From NCBI GenBank assembly GCA_042216675.1, contig JBDGTS010000043.1, forward strand, positions 1 to 35,707: a DNA stretch of 35,707 nt, in the 5' to 3' direction. Of the stretch, positions 1 through 7,294 are shown piece by piece. This DNA is from Halobacteriaceae archaeon. Its GTDB lineage: Archaea; Halobacteriota; Halobacteria; Halobacteriales; Halobacteriaceae. The notes below the pieces were generated by a model, which saw nothing but the letters and a program-made list of their open reading frames with translations, made no database searches and was not told the DNA's origin. Position 1 is the first letter of the stretch. Every line of letters begins with the position of its first letter. The translations under genes and the position numbers were made by a program.

Positions 1-2
1 CC

Positions 3-686
3 AACCCGGCGGGCATCTGGGTCGAACCGATTCAGGGCGAGGGCGGCGTCGTCGTGCCCCCTGAGGGGTTCCTCTCGGGCCTGCGCGACATCGCGGACGA
101 ACACGACGTTCCCCTCGTCGTCGACGAGGTGCAGGCCGGGTTCGGGCGAACGGGCGAGTGGTTCGCCTGCGAACACGAGGACGTGACGCCCGACGTCATG
201 CCCGTCGCGAAAGGTGCGGGCGGCATCGGAATGCCGCTCTCGGCCACCATCTACGACTCGGACCTCGACTTCGAACCGGCGGACCACTCGGGCACCTTCC
301 GTGGCTACCTGCCGGCGATGGAGGCCTGCATCCGCACCATCGACTACGTCGAGGACCACGACTTGCTGGCCCACGCGAGTGACCTCGGCGCGTACATTCA
401 GGAGCGTCTGCACACCGTCGCCGACGACGTGCCGGAAGTCGCGGACGTGCGCGGCCGGGGCCTCTTCGTCGGCGCCGAGTTCCGCGACGACGGCGAGGCG
501 GCGCCGGACCTCGTAGACGAGATTCGCCGCGAGTGCATGCGGCGGGGCGTCCTGACGTGGGGCGGGGGGCGAGAGGCCAACGTCCTCCGCCTGATGCCGC
601 CGCTGGTGATGACCCGCGAACAGGCCGCCACCGGCCTCGACGTGGTGACGGACGTGATTCGGTCCGTCTCGGAGACGGATTCCTGA
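3..686 (+). CDS. Class III PLP-dependent aminotransferase (diaminobutyrate/4-aminobutyrate transaminase-like), 5'-truncated by the window edge
   Basis: Frame is open from base 3: EPIQGEGG, VVDEVQAGFGRTG, PLP lysine in PDVMPVAKG, HSGTFRG, VRGRGL, LRLMPPL. Confidence 0.9.
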   Translation, partial: NPAGIWVEPIQGEGGVVVPPEGFLSGLRDIADEHDVPLVVDEVQAGFGRTGEWFACEHEDVTPDVMPVAKGAGGIGMPLSATIYDSDLDFEPADHSGTFRGYLPAMEACIRTIDYVEDHDLLAHASDLGAYIQERLHTVADDVPEVADVRGRGLFVGAEFRDDGEAAPDLVDEIRRECMRRGVLTWGGGREANVLRLMPPLVMTREQAATGLDVVTDVIRSVSETDS

Positions 687-763
687 CCGGAACCCGCCGG
701 AGGCGCCGCGACGGCGGTGTGTCGTCCACCAGAGTTATTACTCGGGGATTCGCACTCCGTTCC

Positions 764-1222
764 ATGGAACGCGCACTTGTCGTCGTGGACGACACTGACG
801 AGCATCGGGAGCTGCTTCGCGAGGCCGGCGAACTCGCCGCCGGCGTCGACGCCGAACTCGTTTTGCTGACGACGCTCACCGCCGAAGAGTTCGCCGAGGA
901 CGCGGCGACCATCGAGCGAATCGCGGAGATGGAACACACCGGCTACGAGGAGGACGCCGCCATCGAGGCGGCCCGGAACTTCGCCCGCGACACCGCAGAG
1001 GAGGAACTGGGGGGACTCGGTGTCTCCTTCGAGGCCATCGGACGCGTCATCGAGGAGAACGAACACGCCGACGCCGTCCTCGACACCGCCGCGGAGCGCG
1101 ACTGCGACCACGTGTTCATCACGGGCCGCCGCCGCTCCCCCACCGGGAAGGCCATCTTCGGTGACGCCGCACAGCGCGTCATCCTCAACTTCGACGGCCT
1201 CGTGACCGTCAAGACGTCGTAA
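764..1222 (+). CDS. Universal stress protein (UspA family)
   Basis: ATG at 764 (MERALVVVD...). C-terminal Usp motif DHVFITGRRRSPTGKAIFGDAAQRVILN. Confidence 0.9.
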   Translation: MERALVVVDDTDEHRELLREAGELAAGVDAELVLLTTLTAEEFAEDAATIERIAEMEHTGYEEDAAIEAARNFARDTAEEELGGLGVSFEAIGRVIEENEHADAVLDTAAERDCDHVFITGRRRSPTGKAIFGDAAQRVILNFDGLVTVKTS

Positions 1223-2092
1223 TCAGAACTCGATTCGGGATCGGAACTCGGGGAGACCGTTCACGGCTGGCGTGAACGAGAACAGCGCACCGGCGCCCTC
1301 TCCTTCCACGTCACGCGAATAGCCAGCCGTCGCTGTGGGCGCGAACGCCGTCCCGTAGTCCTCGCCGCCGAACGCGACGCTGGCGACTTTTCTGGCGGGG
1401 AAGCGCACCCGTGCGTCTTCGCTCCCGTCGGGCGCGAACCGGACGACTGAGTGGCCGTTCCACCGCGCCGACCAGACGTAGCCGTCCTCGTCGACGGTGA
1501 GGCCGTCCGGTTTGCCGGGGCCGCCGACGGTGGTGACGAACGGCCGCCGGTTGCGCAGGTCGCCCGTCTCGCGCACGAAGTCGAAGGCCCACACCGTCTC
1601 AGCGTTCGTTTCGGTGAAGTAAAAGCGGTTGTTGTCGGGCGAGAAGCCCATCCCGTTGGCCGTCGCCACGCCCTCGATGAGCACGTCGAACGTGCCGTCC
1701 GTCTCGAAGCGGTAGAGCCGTCCGCGACTGCCGCCCTCGGCCATCGTGCCGGCGTAGACGCGTCCCTCGGGACCCGCGATGACGTCGTTGAAGCGCGACC
1801 CCTCTTCCTCGGGGATGCCGGAGAGAATCACGTCGCCGAGGCCGTCCTCCTCGTTCCACAGTTGCACTTCGCCGTCGTCCATGAACAACAGGAGGTCGCC
1901 GTCTGCCTGAATCGTGAAGCCGCCGATGCGTCGGTCGTCCTCGTGGACTCGCTCGTGGTCCCCCGTCTCGGGGTCGTAGCGGAAGATGCGCCCGTTCGGG
2001 ATGTCGAGCCAGTACACCACTTCCTCGTCGGGGTGCCAGAGAACGCCCTCGCCCGTCTCGGTGCCGTAGTCGGCGGCGCGTGTCACGTCCAT
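1223..2092 (-). CDS. SMP-30/gluconolactonase/LRE family lactonase (sugar-acid lactonase-like)
   Basis: GEGVLW, RFNDV, NGMGFSPD, PDGLTVDEDG beta-propeller metal-ligand motifs. TATA-like AATTTAAG at 2124-2117 on the minus strand. Confidence 0.9.
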   Translation of the reverse strand: MDVTRAADYGTETGEGVLWHPDEEVVYWLDIPNGRIFRYDPETGDHERVHEDDRRIGGFTIQADGDLLLFMDDGEVQLWNEEDGLGDVILSGIPEEEGSRFNDVIAGPEGRVYAGTMAEGGSRGRLYRFETDGTFDVLIEGVATANGMGFSPDNNRFYFTETNAETVWAFDFVRETGDLRNRRPFVTTVGGPGKPDGLTVDEDGYVWSARWNGHSVVRFAPDGSEDARVRFPARKVASVAFGGEDYGTAFAPTATAGYSRDVEGEGAGALFSFTPAVNGLPEFRSRIEF

Positions 2093-2141
2093 GCGACACG
2101 CTGACGCCCCCGCAGTCTTAAATTGGGGCTATCCCGGCCGG

Positions 2142-3257
2142 CTATTCGCCGCCGCTCCCGTAGATGGGGCCTTCGTCCTGTCCGTTGGGTTCGGGGTCGA
2201 AGATGTCGGTCTGTTTGTCGCCGAGGACGTCGATTTCGGCGAGGAGTCCCTTGCGGGCGACCCGACTGAGCGCGTGGTCCACGAGTTTGATGCGCTCGGG
2301 GACGGGGCACTCCATCGTCCCGACCATGCAGGACCCCGGCGGGACCTTCATCGTCTGGACGTTCTTCTCCGTCGGCCCTTCGAAGGCGCCGTCGCGGTAG
2401 CCCTTCGCCCAGACGTTGCCGATGGGGTGGAAGTTCGAGGAGACGTTCGGACCGCCGTCGACCATGAACACCCGGACGGAGTCACCGACCGAGACCTCCT
2501 TCGGCCCGTAGCGGGCCGCCGCGTAGGCGTACTTCTCGCCGTTGAGGAGGACGTACGTTGGATCCTCGGCCTTCATCGCCTCCATGTCGAAGGCGTGGTG
2601 CCCCTTCGCGCCCGTCGGCTGCTTCGTGTAGACCTCGTGCTGGCCGAAGTAGAACTCGTGGTCGACCTCGGGAAGGCCCTCTTTGGGTTCGACCACGATC
2701 ATCCCGAACATGCCACTGGAGATGTGGTAGTCGAGGTTCGGGACCGCACAGTGGTAGATGTACGCGCCGGGGTACGTCGCCTTGAACTTCTCGCTGTTGG
2801 ACTCGCCCGGGGCCGCGGTCGTGGCGACGCTGCCGCCACCCGTCCCGTAGATGGCGTGCATGTCAACGTTGTGCGGCATCTTGTTGTCGGGGAGGTTCTT
2901 CAGCGTGAACGAGACGGTGTCCCCCTGCCGAACGCGGAGCATCGGGCCGGGGACAGTCCCCCCGAAGGTCATGTAATCGAAGGTGACGCCGGGTTCGATT
3001 TCCGCGGTCACCTCCTCGACTTCGAGCGTGATGTCGTGGTGTTTCGGCTCGTCGCGGTCGATGGGCCCGGGCATGTCCGCGGGGTCACGCGCGACTTGGT
3101 CGACGTCGGTCTGCTTGGTCGTCGCCTGTTGCTGTTGCTCGCTGGGGGTGGGGTCCTCGTCGGCGTTCGACGGTGCGTTCGCGGAACAGCCCGCCACCGC
3201 GGCCGTCCCACCGATGCCCAGTGCCTGTAGCGCGCGACGACGAGTGCTTTCGAACAT
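2142..3257 (-). CDS. nirK: Copper-containing nitrite reductase, Tat-exported lipoprotein
   Basis: Type 1/type 2 Cu motifs PHNVDMHA, YHCAVPNLDYHISSGM, SSNFHPIG, LVDHAL. N-terminal TRRRAL twin-arginine and AVAGC lipobox. Confidence 0.96.
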   Translation of the reverse strand: MFESTRRRALQALGIGGTAAVAGCSANAPSNADEDPTPSEQQQQATTKQTDVDQVARDPADMPGPIDRDEPKHHDITLEVEEVTAEIEPGVTFDYMTFGGTVPGPMLRVRQGDTVSFTLKNLPDNKMPHNVDMHAIYGTGGGSVATTAAPGESNSEKFKATYPGAYIYHCAVPNLDYHISSGMFGMIVVEPKEGLPEVDHEFYFGQHEVYTKQPTGAKGHHAFDMEAMKAEDPTYVLLNGEKYAYAAARYGPKEVSVGDSVRVFMVDGGPNVSSNFHPIGNVWAKGYRDGAFEGPTEKNVQTMKVPPGSCMVGTMECPVPERIKLVDHALSRVARKGLLAEIDVLGDKQTDIFDPEPNGQDEGPIYGSGGE

Positions 3258-3295
3258 GGTTGGGTTCCTCGCACGTGGAGTTCGGGGCCCGACCC

Positions 3296-3302
3296 ATATA
3301 AA
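3296..3302 (-). promoter_or_regulatory. Putative TATA box of nirK
   Basis: TTTATAT on the minus strand about 40 nt upstream of the nirK ATG. A GAGG SD-like element lies just upstream of the ATG. Confidence 0.6.
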
Positions 3303-3337
3303 CCGGCGAGCGAGTTCCGACGCCGCTGGAAGGGGCC

Positions 3338-3349
3338 TGAACCTGTTCG
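3338..3349. promoter_or_regulatory. Palindromic operator copy (TGAACCTGTTCG) upstream of nirK
   Basis: Near match to CGAAC-N2-GTTCG in the nirK/halocyanin intergenic region. It resembles the CGAA-N4-TTCG element I recall from haloarchaeal denitrification promoters. Confidence 0.65.
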
Positions 3350-3406
3350 CCCCTCAGTTTAAGTGGTGCATCGGGCGGTGACGTTCCCGAACGGCGAGAA
3401 TCCGAC

Positions 3407-3418
3407 CGAACGTGTTCG
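3407..3418. promoter_or_regulatory. Palindromic operator CGAACGTGTTCG upstream of halocyanin
   Basis: Flanked as CCGAAC-GT-GTTCGG. Lies 38 nt before the in-frame GTG at 3457. Confidence 0.75.
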
Positions 3419-3462
3419 GGAGAACGCACGTGCCCGACAGGGACTCACCTACACCCGTGGAG

Positions 3463-3924
3463 ATGACTGACACCGACGACAGCCCGGCAGTTCGGCGGCG
3501 GACCGTTCTCTCGACAGTCGGCGCGGCCGCGGGCGTGGCGCTCGCTGGCTGTTCCGGCGGGGGCGGAAGCAGCGACGGCGGCGACAACGGCGGCGGTGGC
3601 GGGAGCGACAACACCGTCGCGGTCGGCCCCGGCGGCGACTTCAAGTTCAAGCCCGAGGAACTGACAGTCAGCAAGGGAACCACGGTGACGTGGGAGTTCA
3701 AGAGTAGCAGCCACAACGTGTGCGCGTGGCCGGACATGCACGACAAGGTCTCGATTCCCGACGGCGCCAGCGGCTTCGGGACGATGGATCAGGGCGGCGA
3801 CGCCTACGCCACCGTCTCGAAGGGCGAGACGTTCGAACACACCTTCGAGACGACGGGTGAATACACGTACGTCTGCATGCCCCACGCCGCCTCGGGGATG
3901 GTCGGAACGATAATCGTCGAGTAA
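3463..3924 (+). CDS. Halocyanin / plastocyanin-azurin family blue copper lipoprotein (alternative start GTG 3457)
   Basis: RRRTVL Tat motif, LAGC lipobox, Gly/Ser linker, type 1 Cu ligands HNV...YVCMPHAASGM. Confidence 0.93.
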   Translation: MTDTDDSPAVRRRTVLSTVGAAAGVALAGCSGGGGSSDGGDNGGGGGSDNTVAVGPGGDFKFKPEELTVSKGTTVTWEFKSSSHNVCAWPDMHDKVSIPDGASGFGTMDQGGDAYATVSKGETFEHTFETTGEYTYVCMPHAASGMVGTIIVE

Positions 3925-4154
3925 CGACGTTCCTCACCGAGCGCCCCGGCGTTCACCACGGGTAACGAACATTCCGGTCCGCAGAGGGCGTCTTTCTGAA
4001 AGCGTACCACCGCGTTCGCCGTGCGACCGTCCACCGACACTGGTGAGCGACTGCGCCGGGACCTGGTGGCTGCTTCTGCCGCTCTCCGGAGCGAAGTCAA
4101 CTGCCGGCGCCTCGTGCGCTCCTTCGGGAAGCCCCACCCTCGGACCGCAAACGG

Positions 4155-4430
4155 TCACGTGACGAACAGCGAGTAGAGAATCGTCGCGAAGCCGACCAGC
4201 AGGAACACGCTCTCGACGGCCAACGCGACGATCGGGTCCATCCGCGTTATCTGGTCGATACCGCCGCCGATTGCGGAGCCGAGCGTGACGACCCCGAACC
4301 CGATAGCCAGCGCTCGGAGCGCCGGCGACCCGGTGCGGCGGTACGCCCGGACGGCGTAGAACGTGATCAGACCTCCCGTGACGAACGTCAGCGTCTTGAG
4401 AACGACGATTGCTGTGAGGGCGTGGCTCAT
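4155..4430 (-). CDS. Small three-helix membrane protein of the type paired with haloarchaeal winged-helix regulators
   Basis: 91 aa with three hydrophobic segments and AYRRTGSPALRALAIGF. ATGA overlap with the upstream HTH gene. Confidence 0.75.
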   Translation of the reverse strand: MSHALTAIVVLKTLTFVTGGLITFYAVRAYRRTGSPALRALAIGFGVVTLGSAIGGGIDQITRMDPIVALAVESVFLLVGFATILYSLFVT

Positions 4431-4804
4431 GTTTCGTGGCGCACCTCCGACCAGAGGTCGGCCAGCCGTTCTTCGGGACTCTCAGTGGGTCGCTCGACGG
4501 CCACCCGAAACGCCCGGTCCTCGTCGAGTGCGACCTGCACTTCCTCGAAGTCCACCTCGTAGCGGGTGGTGTGCTGGCCGTCAGTCCTGATTTCGGTCAG
4601 TTCTCCGACGAGCGAGGCGTCGGAGAGCAGTTCGAGCTTCCGATACGTCGTGGACAGCGGAACGTCACAGACGTCGGACAGTTCGCTCGCGGTCATCGGC
4701 TCCTCCATCGCGCGGACGAACTCGCGGCACGTCGGGTCGTCGAGCGCGTCCAAGACGTCCTGTAGGTCCGGCGCCTCATCGTCCGCGAACGGGTCACGTA
4801 CCAT
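4427..4804 (-). CDS. ArsR-like winged helix-turn-helix transcription regulator
   Basis: LDALDDPTCR...MTASELSDVCDVPLSTTYRKLELL wHTH pattern. Confidence 0.85.
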   Translation of the reverse strand: MVRDPFADDEAPDLQDVLDALDDPTCREFVRAMEEPMTASELSDVCDVPLSTTYRKLELLSDASLVGELTEIRTDGQHTTRYEVDFEEVQVALDEDRAFRVAVERPTESPEERLADLWSEVRHET

Positions 4805-4892
4805 GTATCGCGTCCGTGTTCAGCGTCGTTCGGTGCCAGCGGCCCCACCCCTCCGCCCCGAGGCTCGGCATGCCAGAAGATACGCACATCGG

Positions 4893-5537
4893 TTATTTGA
4901 GTGTAGTGTTGTCGTCCGCGTCGAGGAACTCCGTCACGATGCGGGATTCTGCCCGATGAAGCGTCTCGCTACAGGTAGACTTGGCGATGCCCACCTCCTC
5001 CGCGAGTTCGGTCAGCGAGCACTCCCGTGGCGTGTCGTAGTAGCCGTGGTCGGCCGCGGCGCGGAGGAGGCGCTCCTGTCGGTCCGTGAGAAGCGGATCC
5101 GGTTCGATGCGTTCGCGGATGTGCTCGACGGTGAAGGAGACGCCGAAGGCGTCCAACTGGTCCCCCAGCGCCGAGAGGCTGTCACGCGGCGCCGTCACGT
5201 CCCACGTGGCTTCGCCACCCTCGATGTCGAACGGCATCTCAAGCGGGATGCCCGAGTCCTGCACCGCTAACAGCAACAGCGGCGTCGTCGTCTCGAACTG
5301 GATGAGGGCGGTGTCCTCGTGGCGGTGCAACAGGTCGAGCGCCGTCACCTCCTCCCGGTCGTGGACCGCCGCGACGACGTCTGGGAGGTCCGGCCCCGAG
5401 AGCTCAGCGTGCCCGACGCCGGTCCCCCCGTCCGCGAGCGCCGCGAGGATGCGGAACCGGACCGACGGGTACTCCCGCGACACGTCGCCGATCCACGCCC
5501 CCTCCGGTATGGTGAGGGTCAGTCGCGCCCGTGGCAT
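4893..5537 (-). CDS. Bat-type (HTH_10) transcription regulator with an N-terminal sensor-like domain
   Basis: C-terminal LTDRQERLLRAAADHGYYDTPRECSLTELAEEVGIAKSTCSETLHRAE is the HTH_10 signature. Confidence 0.9.
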   Translation of the reverse strand: MPRARLTLTIPEGAWIGDVSREYPSVRFRILAALADGGTGVGHAELSGPDLPDVVAAVHDREEVTALDLLHRHEDTALIQFETTTPLLLLAVQDSGIPLEMPFDIEGGEATWDVTAPRDSLSALGDQLDAFGVSFTVEHIRERIEPDPLLTDRQERLLRAAADHGYYDTPRECSLTELAEEVGIAKSTCSETLHRAESRIVTEFLDADDNTTLK

Positions 5538-5614
5538 ATGTTAGGCTCCTCGGGAGTCGCATTTGAGGCTGTCGCGGATATTCGGCATCTGGGAACGGTC
5601 GCGACTGGATTCAC

Positions 5615-5626
5615 CGAACATGTTAC
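5615..5626. promoter_or_regulatory. Degenerate operator copy CGAACATGTTAC upstream of the HTH_10 regulator
   Basis: 10/12 match to CGAACATGTTCG. Overlaps the DUF2249 stop codon. Confidence 0.5.
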
Positions 5627-5880
5627 CTCTCCCAGATGGCAGTCACGACGGCGTCGGCCGTCTCGACCGTCTCGTACTCGTAGCCTCGGTCGATTAGTTT
5701 GGGGTAGAGGTGCTGGGGCGCCCGGTCGTTCAACTGGACGAGGACCGTGCCCGGGTCCATCTCCTCGACGCGTTCGAGCGTCTCGGCCAGCGGTTCCGGT
5801 GGCGGCAACTCCCGCACGTCGAGTCGCGTGCGCGTGCCGTCCGGCGCGTCCGTGTCGTCCACCGCACTCTCGACTGACAT
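5623..5880 (-). CDS. DUF2249 domain protein (SirA/TusA-like fold, no persulfide cysteine)
   Basis: ATG at 5880. LDVRELPPPEPLAETLE...NDRAPQHLYPKL is a typical DUF2249 pattern. Confidence 0.85.
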   Translation of the reverse strand: MSVESAVDDTDAPDGTRTRLDVRELPPPEPLAETLERVEEMDPGTVLVQLNDRAPQHLYPKLIDRGYEYETVETADAVVTAIWER

Positions 5881-5918
5881 GTGCGACCGTTCGGGCCGCC
5901 ACCGGGGGAGGGTTCTGC

Positions 5919-5930
5919 CGAACATGTTCG
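5919..5930. promoter_or_regulatory. Perfect 12-bp palindrome CGAACATGTTCG between divergent DUF2249 and cysK
   Basis: Perfect inverted repeat 38 nt upstream of the DUF2249 ATG. Confidence 0.8.
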
Positions 5931-5955
5931 TTTTCCCGTGAACTGAAAATGGACC

Positions 5956-5967
5956 CGGAGATGTGCG
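5956..5967. promoter_or_regulatory. Degenerate operator copy CGGAGATGTGCG upstream of cysK
   Basis: 9/12 match to the palindrome, also 38 nt upstream of the cysK ATG (6006). Confidence 0.45.
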
Positions 5968-6005
5968 GCGTGGGGGCTACGGTCGACGACCCGAACGCTC
6001 CCCAC

Positions 6006-6950
6006 ATGGACGTTGCCGACGACTTGACAGACCTCGTGGGGGAGACGCCGCTCGTGGACTTCGGCGGCCTCGCGCCGAACCTCTATGGCAAGGTGGAGGC
6101 CGCGAACCCCTACTCGGTGAAAGACCGCATCGCGCGCGAGATGGTCGAGCGAGCGGAGGACGCGGCCGAACTCGACGCCGGAACGCGCGTCGTCGAGGCG
6201 ACGAGCGGCAACACCGGCATCGGCCTCGCGGCCATCTGCGCCGCAAAGGGGTACGACCTGACGCTGACGATGCCCGCCTCGATGAGCGAGGAGCGACGGG
6301 ACCTGCTGGTCGCTCTCGGCGCCGACCTCGTGTTGACGCCCGCGGACGACGGGATGGGCGGCGCCATCGAGGCGGCTGAGGACATCGCCGACGGCGACGA
6401 CGCCATCCGACCGCGGCAGTTCGAGAACCCGGCGAACCCCGATGCCCACCGCAAGACGACGGGACCCGAGATCTGGGCCGCCACGGACGGTGACGTGGAC
6501 GCCGTCGTCGCGGGCGTCGGCACCGGCGGCACCATCACCGGCGTCGGCGAACACCTCGTCGAGGAGCGAGGCGCGGACGTGCGGATGGTCGCCGTGGAAC
6601 CCGAGGGGTCGCCGCTTCTCTCGGCGGACGACCCCGGCGACCACGGGATTCAGGGCATCGGCCCGAGTTTCGTGCCCGACACGCTCCGCCGCGAACTCGT
6701 GGACGACGTGCGCACCGTCGCCACCGACGACGCGAAGGCGACGGCGCGGGACCTTGCGGCCGGGACGGGCCTCCTCGTCGGCATCTCCTCGGGCGCGGCC
6801 CTCGACGCCGCCATCGCCGAGGCCGAGGAGCATCCCGACGACGTGGTGGTCGTCGTCCTCCCCGACACCGGCGAGCGTTACCTCTCGACGGACCTGTTCG
6901 AGGGCGGTGAGGGCTCCGTCGCCCGCCTCGAAGCACCGACCGGCGACTGA
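6006..6950 (+). CDS. cysK: PLP-dependent cysteine synthase (O-acetylserine sulfhydrylase family)
   Basis: NPYSVKDR (PLP Lys), EATSGNTG, QFENPAN, GVGTGGT, IQGIG, PDTGERYLST. Confidence 0.88.
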   Translation: MDVADDLTDLVGETPLVDFGGLAPNLYGKVEAANPYSVKDRIAREMVERAEDAAELDAGTRVVEATSGNTGIGLAAICAAKGYDLTLTMPASMSEERRDLLVALGADLVLTPADDGMGGAIEAAEDIADGDDAIRPRQFENPANPDAHRKTTGPEIWAATDGDVDAVVAGVGTGGTITGVGEHLVEERGADVRMVAVEPEGSPLLSADDPGDHGIQGIGPSFVPDTLRRELVDDVRTVATDDAKATARDLAAGTGLLVGISSGAALDAAIAEAEEHPDDVVVVVLPDTGERYLSTDLFEGGEGSVARLEAPTGD

Positions 6951-6962
6951 CGAACACGTTCG
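6951..6962. promoter_or_regulatory. Palindromic operator CGAACACGTTCG upstream of the CGCGG/radical SAM operon
   Basis: Begins immediately after the cysK stop and ends 38 nt before ATG 7001. Confidence 0.78.
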
Positions 6963-7000
6963 GGACCGGCTACTGGGCCGTTCGGCACGCATCTCCACCC

Positions 7001-7294
7001 ATGACCGCGCTCGCAACCGACGACCCCGTGACCGACCGCGTCCACGAGAACTCGTGGTCGGCGAACCTCGAAGAGCCACGACACGCCGACGACCGGGCAC
7101 TCGTCGTCGCACAAGCCATCGACGCCGTCCGGCACACGGCGCCGGGGCACCACGTCAACCTCGTGAGCCACGGCGACCACGGCCACCCCGAGGAGTACCT
7201 CTTCGCGGCCCTCGACGCGGCCTTCGAGGAGGCCGAGTACGAGTTCGTCGAGCGCTGTGGCTGTGGCGGCTACGTCACCCGCGTCCACCGATGA
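7001..7294 (+). CDS. CGCGG-family small protein (His-rich, C-terminal CGCGG motif), usually annotated as a putative rSAM-modified peptide
   Basis: NSWSANLE, HHVNLVSHGDHGHP, RCGCGGYVTRV. ATGA overlap with the radical SAM gene. Confidence 0.85.
   Translation: MTALATDDPVTDRVHENSWSANLEEPRHADDRALVVAQAIDAVRHTAPGHHVNLVSHGDHGHPEEYLFAALDAAFEEAEYEFVERCGCGGYVTRVHR

Noticed and set aside
3251-3262. CGAACATGGTTG over the nirK start, and the similar CGAACAT at the transducer start (34728-34734)
   Set aside because: Both are explained by the coding sequence ATG-TTC-G (Met-Phe) on the minus strand, so they were not counted as operators.
3925-4154. 230-nt gap with short ORFs (3934-4158, 3804-4100) and a half-site CGAACATTCCGG at 3966
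   Set aside because: The ORFs lack recognisable features. The site lies between convergent genes with no downstream start, so neither a gene nor an operator can be supported.
5319-6005. Long N-terminal extensions in the ORF track for cysK (also the rSAM, ABC ATPase, btuD, fen1 and others)
   Set aside because: Extensions overlap neighbouring genes and are low-complexity. Family homology begins at the downstream starts used above.
3407-6962. Recurrent CGAAC..GTTCG palindromes considered as CRISPR repeats or transposon ends
   Set aside because: Only 12-14 bp, irregularly spaced, located at promoter positions, with no cas or transposase gene.
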